This document shows, piece after piece, positions 10,501 through 22,500 of a stretch of DNA of 64,000 nucleotides (position 1 is the stretch's first letter; each line of letters begins with the position of its first letter). This DNA comes from Lama guanicoe (taxonomy: Eukaryota), in the NCBI GenBank assembly GCA_013239625.1, contig MU054738.1:7721855-7785854 (forward strand), in the 5' to 3' direction. The notes beneath the pieces are model-generated. The model was not told the origin of the DNA. It was given only the letters and a program-made list of their open reading frames with translations, and made no database searches. The position numbers and the translations under genes were made by a program.

Positions 10501-13500
10501 CACACCTGTGTTCCAAACAACAGCCCTCCCCTGGGTCGTCCGCGTTGGACGCCCTGTTGTCCACGCTCGTGTCCTGTGACCACGTGTGGTGCATGTCTGG
10601 CTGGGGAGCACGGCTGTATTGTGTGTTCTCTTTCTTGTACAACCTGTGTTTTCCTGAAAGTTTTAAAAAGAAGTATTTTCATTTGCTTAGTTTTCTGCAT
10701 ACCGACCAATAGCCCTCTCCCGACTTCCCGACGGAATTTGTGAAGGTCTCCGTGGTGTGGACCCTCGTGGGGCTCCCGGCCGGGGAGACGGGGTCCTCAC
10801 ACCTTCCCGAGCATCAGATGCCCCTGGAGGGCTTTCGCAGCAGGCCGAGTTCAGACTCCTTAGGTCTGGAGGGGACAGCAGTGAGCACTTGGACCAGGTG
10901 CCCAGGTGATGCTGCCGGTCTAGGGGCAGCACGTCCGTCAAGAGCCACTGCTGGGTAGCAGTTTGTCAAGTGACAGTGGGACAGCTCATTCGTTTGGCTC
11001 CGGAGGAAACTGCGGATAGTGTCCAGTTTGGAGTTACTGAGAGTGTGGCTCATGCTCATGTCTTTCGCGGACCTACGGATGGGTCTCTGCTGGGGAGAGG
11101 TTAGCCGCAGGAGTGAAACTGCTGTGTCACCAGGTGTGACGTTCTGCCAGCTGGTTTTCCAAGGCGGCCGCACGGATTCACACTCCTCGGGCAGCAGGCG
11201 CGGCTCCTGTGGCCTCACACCTGGGACCAGACTTGATACTGTCTGTCTGCCCGTTTCAGCACTTCTCCCAGGGGGTGGGGGGTGGTGCTTCACGGTGGCT
11301 TACGTTTGCATGTCTGAGACGACGTAAGTGCCTTTTTGTGTGTTTACTGGCCCTCCTGGAGCTCCTCCGTTTGGTGGCACTAAAACCGATTAGAAGTGCA
11401 TTCATTCACTCAACAAATGTTGAGTAATTCTGGAAAGGACTTTAACCTTTGCTCTGAGCGTGACTGAGGTTGGGGCAGGGTCCTTTGCGGTCGGGAGACC
11501 ACCCCGGCCACAGTGGGGGCCGGGGACCCTTCTAAGTGAGGCATGAGGGTGGATCTGACTGCAGGGAATGACGAAGGCGGTAAAGCAGACGCACCTCAAG
11601 GGCGGAGCTGCCAGGTTTGCTGCTGTTTTGGGGGCCTGGGGCGAGAGAGGAGCTCACAGTGCCTGCGAGGTTCAGGCCTGAAAAACTGGTTGAAAGGATT
11701 TACTGCACTGGCAGGGGGAACAGGTTTGGAGGTAGAAGCTGAGCCTTGTGTTCTGGGCTGTGGACCTTGAATTGCCTGTGGATCTCTGAGTGGAGGCATT
11801 TGGCTGCAGCGTTCATGGGAGAGGCTGAGGGTGGAGACAGTGCTGTGGGAGCTGTCGGCCTGGGCTGGGGCCTGAGGTCGGGACCTGGGACAGGGAGCGG
11901 GCAGGCTTGTCTGCCCTGGGCTGTGCCGTGGGTGACTCTCAGTTCAAGCTCCCGGCCTCTCCTCTGGAAGATCCCCACCACTCAGGACGTGGAGGTCTTT
12001 GGTCACTCGCTCGGTTCTTCAGAAAATATCCCCCTGCCGTCCCACCTGGGGAGGCTGATGCGTGGTGATCAGTCCGAGCCTCGCCAGCGCCCCCCCACCC
12101 CCACCCCAAGCTTCTGCAGGGAGGGGTCATCTGCATCCACAGTTGTAACACTGTCACCAACATTTGAAGCCTCAGCCAAAACAGAACTTGGGAGACAAGG
12201 GCAGGCGCAGGGCAGACCCGCTGGCACGTGTGAGCCGAGGGTCCTGGGCCCGCCGTCCCTGATGGGTGAGCAAGGCCAGCTGCCCTTTCTTCATTCGTCG
12301 TGGTCAGGACAGCGGCATGTGTCTTGCACCCCGTCTGCTGATGAAGCTGCTGGATGAAAATGAAAAGGGGCCCTTTTTTCAGAGGCACCTGCATGCACAG
12401 TGGGTCCTCCAGCCCTGCTGTCTGGCCTTGCGGGGGTGAGTCAGTGAGAGGCGGGGGCCTCACTGGAGAGTAGGAGGAAGGCTGATGGCACCTGCCGCAT
12501 GAGGGCGAATAGGGCCTGAGATGCTCACTGCTGACCCGCGTGAGGCACACACTCCACACACAGTGGAGTTACTGCCTCTGGGGACAGGGCGGGGGTGGGG
12601 AGGGGATGGATGGAGTCGTACCCTTGGCCCGAGTTGGGAACGGGGCTTGTGAGCTCCAGGCCCTCCCTCCCCCGAGCCCTCAGGTGGGGAGCTCCGGCCC
12701 CAGAACCCGAGGTTTGGAGAGAACAGGGGACTTTCGAGTCCAAGCCTCAGTGGGAGAAGGCAGGGACACGAGGGGGCCTCGGGGCAGAGCAGGCCACAGG
12801 TGGGTCGTGCTTGAGGCTGACAAGGTGCATCTCGAGAGTGACTGTGTGTTGGGTGCACGTGTGGTACTTGTTAAGTTGGAGGAGACCTGGGGGTGAAGAC
12901 GTGGCTTTAGGGAGAACTCTGGGCCGGATGGGGATTCGGAAGTCCTCCGTCACCATCACCGCAGCTCCGTTTCGTGCTGGGAGATTTGCAGCCTGCGCTG
13001 GGCCTCTTCGGCCGCGCTTCACGGCTGTGGCCTTGGGCGGCTTTGCTGAGCTCTGTGTGCCTAGTCCCCTGGCCGTTACCCAGGATTAATGGTGATGTCT
13101 CAGAGTTGTCGTGGGGTTAAGTGAGCTGCCCTGTGAGCAGTGCTGGGACAGCGCGAGGCCTCGGCGCGTGGCCCCACCCAGGCAGGGGCAGCAGGCGGGG
13201 ATCCAGGCCCCTGTGGGCGGGCTGGCTGACAGAAGCACCGGGGAGGGTGGTGGTCTCAGATGACACAGAGAAGGCAGCTGAGATGGGGGTGCAGTGTCAC
13301 CCCTGGACTTGGCCCGGGAGGAGGCCGGGCAGTTCAGAGTCATTCTGGGGGCGCAGGGAAGGCGGTGTGGGGTTAGGAAGCAGAGAAGGCAAGTTTGAGG
13401 AGACAGCCGGGAAGCTGAGAGGGGTGTTGTCACCCTGGTCGGTCTGAGACCCGCTGGTGCCGGAACCCGGGGAGCCTGGCACCCTGGGCCCACCCCTGCC

Positions 13501-16500
13501 CGCAGCGCTCCCCGTCTCTCCTGGGCCTGAGGCTCTGTGGTCACTTGTGATGTATTAGCAGGTGGGAACTGTGGAGCGCTGTGCACAGGCAGCACGCGGT
13601 TCCCTGGGAGTCTGGCTCATTAGAAGGCCTCATCCAGTGTCACATATGTGAGCTGGTGAAAATGTGACAGCCGTGGGTGCAGATGGCCCCCACCCTGCGG
13701 AGTCTGGGAGTGCAGGTGGCGGGGGCCGAATCGGGGCAGGTGCTTCCTCCCCTGTCCAGGTCCAGGTGGAGCCTGTGGGCTGGCGCTCTGCCCCCGTAGT
13801 TGCTCGGGGCCCGGTGGCTCTGTGGCAGTGGCTCTGACCCAGCGCTTTTCCGAGGTGACCAGAGCTGGTCTCTCCCCGACACCCACACCACGGCTGGTGA
13901 CAGAGCAGAAGAGCTTGGGGGGCGGTGTGAACAGCGGCTTCTGAGGGCAGGGCTCAGGAGCTGCTCGTGCCACTCCCCTCCCATCCCTTGGGCAGACCGA
14001 GTCCTGCGGCCACACCTGCCTGCTCAGGAGGCCCGCGTGTGGACCTCCGTGGCTCTGTGACCGGAAGGAGGACGGGGCTGCTGTGGGGGGGCCACAGGCG
14101 CTATCATGCCGTCCTTGAGGGGCCAGGAGCCACCAGTTGCTTTATGCTGGGGAGAGCCAGACCACTGTCGGGGCTCTGCGAGCGCTTCCGGCTGCGCCAT
14201 GCGACCTGTGCACGGGAGGTCTAGGCCAGCTCAAACCCTAGGGGTTCCTGAGGTTGGGCAGGTGCAACAGTTGCTGGCTTTCAGTTAGAAATTGGTAAAC
14301 AAGGAACCTGAGAGAGTCACTTGGCGGGAGCTGCTGTGTGCAAACTGGTGTTGGAAGGAGCCCAGCCTGGCAGCGATGAGCTGGACGCGGCGGATGGAAG
14401 GCGCAGGAAGGCCCCGGGCGGCACAGGGCAGCGAGCTGGGCTGTCCTTGGTCACGGCCTGGCGCACGACTGCCGTGCCCCTGTCCTCTGTGTTGTTTACA
14501 AACAGCACCCCGCTCCGGGTTCTCTGTTAGCTGCGTGTTGTCTTTGCAGCCAAGATGAGAAACCCGAACAAGGCCTGTCTGGGCTCAGCATAGGGGGTCG
14601 TGTCCTGCTTGCTCTGGGAAGTCCTGCCTCCTCCTCCCGGCACTCCGGAAGCACTCATCCAGGGTTGGAGGTCAGTGTCAGGTTGGGGGGGGGCCTCGAA
14701 GGAGCTGCAGGACCCGGGGTGCAGCTGGTGTTGGAGGACAGGTCAGAGGTTGTTTGGGGGGCCTGTCAACGTGGTGGGAGGCCTGGAGCTGTGACTTGGG
14801 CAGAGGGGACAGGACAGTCTGAACAGGACTGGGGCTCCGTTCCCATGACTGAGTAACCCCCCGAACCTCCTGTTTGGGTCCCAGGGTCTCCAGAACCAGG
14901 TTGGGTCAGCAGAAGGCCCTGGGGCTCGGGCCCCACATCCTGGGCACTTTGAGCTGGTGGGTTTGGGTTGGACATGCTGGCCGCCCTGCTGGGCCGCTGG
15001 GCCCCGAACAGCTCCTGCCCCTCGGAGGCTTGAACCTGCGACCCTGTGAGCAGGGCCCCGCCCTCCTGTTCTCCACAGACGTTTTGTTTAGCTTCTCCGG
15101 TTTCAGGTGGGAGCACCTGTGATCTGGATTCACCAGCACACTCGCGTAGGAGGTGAGGGAGGAGCAGGTCTCAGTCCGAAATCTCCAGATCCGCTCTCGG
15201 GGCCTCTGGGGCCTCAGGGCGCAGCTTCGCACCCTCAGGACCATGTTTCCTTCCTTCCGAAGAGAGGCCGTCTCACTGTCCAGGGCTCCCTGGACCGCGG
15301 TCCCCACGGGGAGCCATCTGTCTGTCGGTCTGCCCGCGCGGGGGAGGGGGCCCAGCCCTGCCCGCGGTCCATGCCCTCTCAGGGGTCAGCCCAGCTCACT
15401 CACCTCCCCGCTTTCTCTTCAGATTGTCAGGAAAGCCCTTTCTGAGGAAAAACGCGTGTCAACGAAAACGTCCACGGCAGACCTGGTGACGGAGACGGAC
15501 CAGGTCGTGGAGGACCTGATCCTCTCGGAGCTGCACCAGCGCTTCCCCTCACACAGGTGGGCGAGCTGCGCGCGTGTCATCACAGACCCCGCAGGCCTGC
15601 ACGGCCCGCTTGGCGCCCCGCCTGCACTCCCCGAGGACTGGTCCCCGAGTGTCGCTGTCCCCCCAGGGCCAGGGCCATCGCCTGTCGGGGTCAGTGTCGC
15701 GTCCTCCCATCCTGGTCAAGCCTGTGCAGGGAAGGCCGCTGTCCTCCCCAGGGCCGCCCTCTCTCTGGAGCAGAGGTCCCGACCCTGTGGGGTCACCGGC
15801 TGGAGACTACGATGCAACCTGTTAACCTTTTCCCTGGGAGCCCAGCATCACCAGCCCCGGGCGCCTCGCACCCAGCGAGCGAGCACCCGAGGAGGGGCCC
15901 CTTGTTCGTGGGGCTCCTTGCAGGGAGGGCCCCTTTCCTCCCTTAGGGAACCCGGGTACTGGGCGTGCACGTGTGTATGTGTCTGCGTGTCTGTATATGA
16001 GTCTGTGTGTGTCTGTGTGTCTTGTGTGTGTATGTGTGTGTGTATGTATATGTGCATGTGTGTATGTGTCTTCGTGTCTGTGTGTGTGTGCACGTGTGTA
16101 TGTGTGCATCTGTGTGTGCAGCTGGTAACAGCCCTTCTGATCCAATGACTGTCACGTCCTGTTTCCCTGCTGGGCATAAAGTCAGGACCCCAGCATCTAT
16201 TACAACAGCTACAAGAGCTCTGAAACCTTTATGGTTTTCTGACTTCTAAAAATCTAAACTAAATGGCGGTGTCAGAAGCTGAGCCTCGAACAACACAGGT
16301 CTGAGCCACGCGGGTCCATGTGTGTGCAGATTTTCTCAGCAGTGACACCGCCCATGCTGAGGGCCGGCGTTCACCTGTGGGGAGGGTGGCGCCCCAGACC
16401 CCCTTGGTGTTCAGGGCAGTTTTACTCCCTGGGGGTGCCGGCCGGAGGAAGTGCGGCTGTTTTGGGCTGAGGAGGCCTTTCCGTTGTCGAGTTGGTGTGT

Positions 16501-19500
16501 CATCCAGGCGACTGCAACAGGAGGGAAGAGGGCTGGGCTGTGAGGGTCCTGGGGTCCTGGGGTCCAGGTCAAGGCCCCGGCTCACTGTGGGGCTGCAGGG
16601 CTCGGCGTGAGGGTGTCACCAGGGCTCCATCAGTCAGATCACTCCGACAGGTGGACTTCCGACAGCACACTCCGCAGGCCGGGGGTTTGGCACACCGTTG
16701 AGGGACTGGGGCATGGTCTCTGCTTGCCCAACGTGGTTTAAGTACTCATGCGCATACCATGGCGAATGCCAGGATAACGCGCCTCACACAGGTGAGCCTC
16801 AGCCTCCGAAGCCCCCTCGGGAGACTGGCGACCCCGCACGGCGGGCCCCACCCAGGGGTGCGTCAGGCCCACGGCTGACAAAGCCCTGGGGACACGGGCG
16901 CCTCCCCCCAGCGCAGGAGTCAGTGCCCCAGAACTTGGGCCACAAGCCAGTGTGGCCCGGCTGCTGGCTCCCAGGCGGACTGAAGGTGAGCCTGACCTTG
17001 TCACGGAGGAGACAGACTGGCCAGGAAGAAAAGGCCTGGGCACACCTGGCCGTTTGACTCACAAGGCAGATTTGTTACAACCTTGAGGGAAAAACAAAGC
17101 AGAACGTTTTGTCCCCATTTGTCCCCATTTGTCCCCAAGCTCTGAATCCCACTTCCCTCTGTGTCCAGAGGCTGTGGGAAGTGGCCCTGAGTTTAGTCTG
17201 TGTTGTGCTTGCTGTCGGTGTTGTGGGTTTTGTGTAGGCGTCCCAGCACCTCCGTGAGGGTGTCTGTCCAGGTCAGTGAGCTACCCCCCCCGCCCCGAGG
17301 GAGCTGCGGGGTGCTCGCCCCAGGAGCCGCCTTCCTGCACGGAGAGAATCAGATTCAGGGAATGTAACTCCACGCCCTTCCCCACAGACCGGGGAGGCAT
17401 TTCGTGCCTCAGAAGGTGGTGCACGTCCCAAGTCCTGCCCCAGGCCCCCCGTGGTCGTGACGCGTGCTGCCTGGTAAAGAGTGGGGGACCTAGGCATGAG
17501 ACGCCAGGCCTTGGTACGGTTACCTTGAGTGATTCTCACCAGAGACGCCCAACAGTACGAGAGCCGTGTGGACAGGAGCATCGTGGGAGCTGCTGGGGGA
17601 GCCCAGAGACCGCGGCCCACATGTTTGCTGACGGACTGACAGACCGCACGGCCCTGCAAGTCATGAGGGACCCGCGGCCGCAGGCTGTGCTCTGGCACAC
17701 CCGAGATGTCAGCCCCCCTCCTTCCCCCGGGCCAGCGACTTCCTCCAGCCAGCCTCCCGCTGAAAATCAGTCTGAAAAGGAAGAGTCCACGGCCCTCCCC
17801 AGTGTCCTGGGGCCAGTTTCACTGTGGGTCATGCCCACCCTTGAGCTCAGTGATGTCTTCTCGCTGCCTCCTGGACCTTGCACCAGTTCACGCTCTGGCA
17901 CCTGGTTCTTTCATGTGTCTGTTTTTCGAATGTGGTCCGCTTGCTTTAAAAACATGATCTCAAGCTGCTGCAGCGGAGGAGAATCACACAGCCGTAGAAG
18001 ACACTGAAGACAGATTTAATTCCTTGTCTTTGGCTCAGAAAACCGGCAAAGCTAATGCCTCGCCTCTGCCGGGTGAGGTCCGGCCTCAGGGGTCCGACAG
18101 CCCCACTGCCCGGCCAGGCTTGCCCCCTCTGACACTGTCACCACGACATTCTTCATCTAGCCGCGCCAGCCAGGGTCACCTGATCCAAACGATCCGAAAC
18201 CCCTCAGAGGGGAGTGGTGACAGGGGGCGGTTCCCCACAGGCGGAGGGACGGGGCCCGGAGCCAGGAGCGGTCCCACTGCATCTGGTCCGCCCTCTGCAC
18301 CCTGATGGTGCCCCAGGCTTTCTCTGCCCCGAGTTCCCCAAACACAGGGCTTTGCCTGCTCACATGTGGGTCTCTCCAGGGGACAGCGGTGAGCAGGGTG
18401 GAAGCAGCAGCCAGAAAACGATACTGTCCCCTCATCATGTGCACAGACATGTTTCAGATCACTTATGTCTGGACGCCTCTGCGCACAGAGAGCATGAATT
18501 CCACAACCTGTGAGACAAATGATGGCCCACAGGTGGGGGCCCTGCTGAGTGATGGCGCTGGTGACAGCAGTGCGTCGATCTGCCGTGACCCCGGAACACG
18601 GGGCACTGCTCTGACCCCACAGCGAGTCCGCCCAGGACACGCCAGCCAGAATGCATCCCACAGAGACGGGAGTGCCCGCTCTGCACGTCCGCCCTGATAG
18701 CCTCTGGCCTGAGGGACTAGTGAGACTAAGGCGCTGACTCCTGCGTTCTCCGTGCCAGTGGGACCATTACAACGATGTCCACTTCACTGAAGCCAAGTCT
18801 CGGGGCACATGGTGCCTCTGGGAAGTGCTTCCGGGCCGGCCGGCCCAGCGCCCCGCCCTCTTCGGGGCTGACCTCGCCTGGCCACGTGCTGCACGCCAGC
18901 GGGGGGACACGCAGTGTTTCTTGCTTTTCGCTTGTTTTTCCTCGTTGGCAGAACTGTGTCGTCTTCAAGTGCTTGAAGACGACACAGTTCAGACCCGGAC
19001 GTGGTGTGAGGACCCCGCGGGGCGCCTTCTGCAGCGCCGCGTGAACCTGACCTGCTGGGGACAGTTGGGAACCTGGGTCGGGCGCCGGCCTGGGGGCTTC
19101 GGAAGATGGCTCCAGGAGGCAGGGGCTCAGACACTGCCCGGGGGACCCTCCCTGAGCTGCTCTGAGCCAACTTGGAGGGGGCACAAGAGGGAGACATGAG
19201 GGCTCCATCTACGTTTTCCACCGAATGGCCGGTTCCCGGCGGTGCCTTCACTGAGACAGACCAACCGGGAGCCTTGGGGACATTGTCTCGTTCAGGAGGC
19301 TGACGGGAGTAGGAGGCCGCTCGGAGGGGACGCTTCCAGGAGGCTTGAGTACAGAGGACAGGCAGGGACGTGGGTCTGTGGTGCGTGGCCCAAGTGTTCC
19401 TGCAGGAGGGGGTTCAGGGTGTGAGGGGAGTGGGGAGGGGGCTCCACGGAGACGTGTCAGCTCCATCGCCATGTGGTGGACGGGGGCCTTGTCACCGTCT

Positions 19501-22500
19501 GTGCTTCAGGGAGGCCAGGCTGGGTGCAGACTGGGGCCGGGGGTGTTGTCAGCTGTAGGTGACACTTCACGCCTGCCCCAGCCACTGCACTGCCATGGAG
19601 GGTGCCAGGCCAGGCCCCTGCCACGTCCTCAGGCCCTTCACCGTCTCTGTCCTGCAGACCAAAGTCACGGCAGAGTCCAGTTTCACTCTTTCAGCTCTTC
19701 CTGGTGTCCATCCTTGGACCCCCAGGCCTGCTGCACCCTGGTGCATCCCGGCAGCCTCCATCGAGGTGTCACATAGTGTTTTGGGGCCCTGCCAAGGGGT
19801 AGAATATCAGACAGAGCGAAATGCAGACGGTCCCTCCCAGACTCTGCCCTGTTTGGCCCGGAGGAACCCAGGTGAAATCTCACCGTGTCTGTATGGTCCC
19901 TGGCAGTCCTGGGGTTTGGAGAGCTTTGTCCTGGATCTGGCGTCTTCTCAGGCCGAGCTCTGCACACCACAGGTTCATCGCAGAAGAGGCTGTGGCCGCT
20001 GGGGCCAAGTGCGTGCTCACCCCCAGCCCCACCTGGATTGTGGACCCCATTGACGGCACCTGCAACTTCGTGCACAGGTGAGTGTGCCCCCTGCCCCTGC
20101 ACTCCCCCCAGCCCTGACCTGTCCTCTCCTCCCAGACTTTGCCTTTTCCAAAGCGGCGTTTTTGGAGGCAGGAGTGTATAAGCAAACCTCTGGTGGGTTT
20201 GCAGTCTCATTTCAAAGGGGATAAAGTCTTGATACTTTTCCAACAAGCCGTCTTCCATTTGTGAGATACCTTCAGGGCACGTAGGAAATTGTCACTTGCT
20301 TAAAAACTGTTCTGTGTGTCGCATTTAAATGTTGGGTGGATTTGAGAAGGACCCTTAAGGAGGCCCCCTGGAGAGACGGGCAGGGTTGTAAATAACAGCA
20401 GGTGTCTGGTCCAGCCGCTGGGGAACATGAGGTGTGGATGGCAGCCTTGGGGAATGAGGAGCCAGCCAGGACTGGGCAAATAATTGGACTGGGCAAATAG
20501 CCCAAAGCAGCAAGTTTCAGGGAGGTCAGAAGCCCCAGGGGAGGGGAGTGAGCCCCGGGAGGTGATACACATGTCCTGCCCCAGAAGCACTGATGGGGGG
20601 CTGGGCTGTACCCTTGGTCCAAGGACCCAAGGGCACCAAGGGCCATGTGGTTTCCGTGGAGGGTGGTTCTCTGCCATCACACGTGTGAAGAGCTGGTTGA
20701 CACAGGCTCCCAGCCGGTCCCGCGTCCCCATGCAGCGGGTGAGGTGGCCCTGGACCTGCGTTCCTCACCAGCTGGACCTCACAGGGAGGGCCCACTCTGT
20801 AGATGACCCGAGACGCCCGCTTCCTCACTCACAGTCCCACGTGTGGGGTCTCCTCCTGGTGCCAACCCCTCTGTTTAATCTCAGGTGGAATATTTATGGG
20901 TAAGTGTGTAAAGTGATTCCACGTGGCCCTTTTCTTATCCTGGGTCATCTTGGGAATTCAGTCATGCCCACACGGGTGGCCCTCTGGAGAGTGGAACAGA
21001 GCCATCTGGTGACACTTGCAAGTGTCACCAGACTCTAGAGCATGACACCCCCCCCAGAGCCTGTGTGGAACCGCAGGACTCCCCTCCTGGGTGCGTGTCA
21101 CTGAGCGGGGCCCGTGTGCAGGCGGTGGGGACAGGGCAGTACAAGCCCCACCGTGGACAGAGACCACACGTCCACCCCGGGGCCAGAGGGAGCCTGCAGA
21201 AGACCAGCCCCGGGGCTGGCCAGCACGTTCAGGATGCTGTCGAGGGCCCCAAGGGCCATGGCGACTCTCGCGGCCTACAGGCTCTTGGAAACCTTTGGCC
21301 CCAACGCTCGGACAGGACCTGTTCCCGCTTGTGTCCCACAGCCAGTGGGGTAGGGCCTCCTGAGAGCGGGGCCCACAGCCGAGGAGGCACACGGCCCGCG
21401 GGGACAGTGGCAGGGATGGCGGCCTGGGCGGGAAGGGCAGCAGCCCGGGCGGGCGGGCTGTGCTGCTGGGTTCGGAGTCTCCTGTGAGCTAGAACCAGCT
21501 CTTCCTCGTTCCTGCTTGCCAGGCTCTGCCGGTCTTCACATAAAGGAGAGGCTGCTTTGGAGACGTAAGCCGCAGGTAGACAGTGAGGCCACCACCCGCC
21601 TTCCACGCTGCGGCTCCCCTCCTGTCCTGCGCGGAAGCTCCCCCAGTGGTCAGGCCAGGAGGGACCTTGTTGTCTTGGACCTGGGCTCTCGGTGGACTTG
21701 TGGCCGGTTCCCTACACGCCCTCCTGGGACGTGGGTCTGGCCTAAGCTGGGGGGACGGAGATTTCTGCTGTCCTTCGGTCTCTGAGAACCACAAGGCTGA
21801 TTATTAAAATCTCAGCCGGGTCCTCCATGGTCACCCTTGAATCCTGTCTGTCGTGACGGCTGTCAGGACGCGGCCTTGTTTCAAGGTCAGCTGTGCTCCA
21901 GCCCGTCAGCTGGGCCTGCTTGTCTTGGAAGCAGCTGGTGAAACAGTGCGAAGCGGTTTTCAGGAAAACAAACCTGGTCACACTGCGGACAGGTCCCGTG
22001 CGCTCCAGCCACACAGAGGTGATGACCACACTCCCGGGCGTTTGCAGCTCACAGCGTCCCGTCTGTGTTCTCTGCAGGTTCCCGACCGTGGCCGTGAGCA
22101 TCGGGTTTGCTGTGGACCAGGAGGTACGTGGCGGGTGGGCGGGCCAGCCGAACCCCTGTGTGTTGTTCACTGCCGTCCTGTTCTGCACGCCTGTTTTGCT
22201 CACCTCGTCCTGTGCCTTAATCGTGACCAGTAAATCCAAGCATGTGCTTTTCCAATCCAAGAAAGTAAACAAATGAAAACCGGTCTGGGGTGTATAGGTT
22301 TCAGCTCCAGGCCGGCCCTCCCCCTCCCCCCACCTTGGTGGCCCTTTTTGGAGGGAAGTTCCGGGCACATGTTCCCAGTGAGCCTCAGACTGACCCCTGG
22401 GGCGTGTAATCTGGTCACACACAAAAGAAACTGCTATTTTGGGAGGACACTTCTGATCCCAATAGTCTGTCAGTTCTCCGTCTTCCTCTCGCTGCCGGAC

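Noticed and set aside
15153-16148. 331-aa ORF with a Cys/Val-rich tail
   Set aside because: It is IMPA2 exon 2 read through into introns; the CVCV tail is the translated TG microsatellite.
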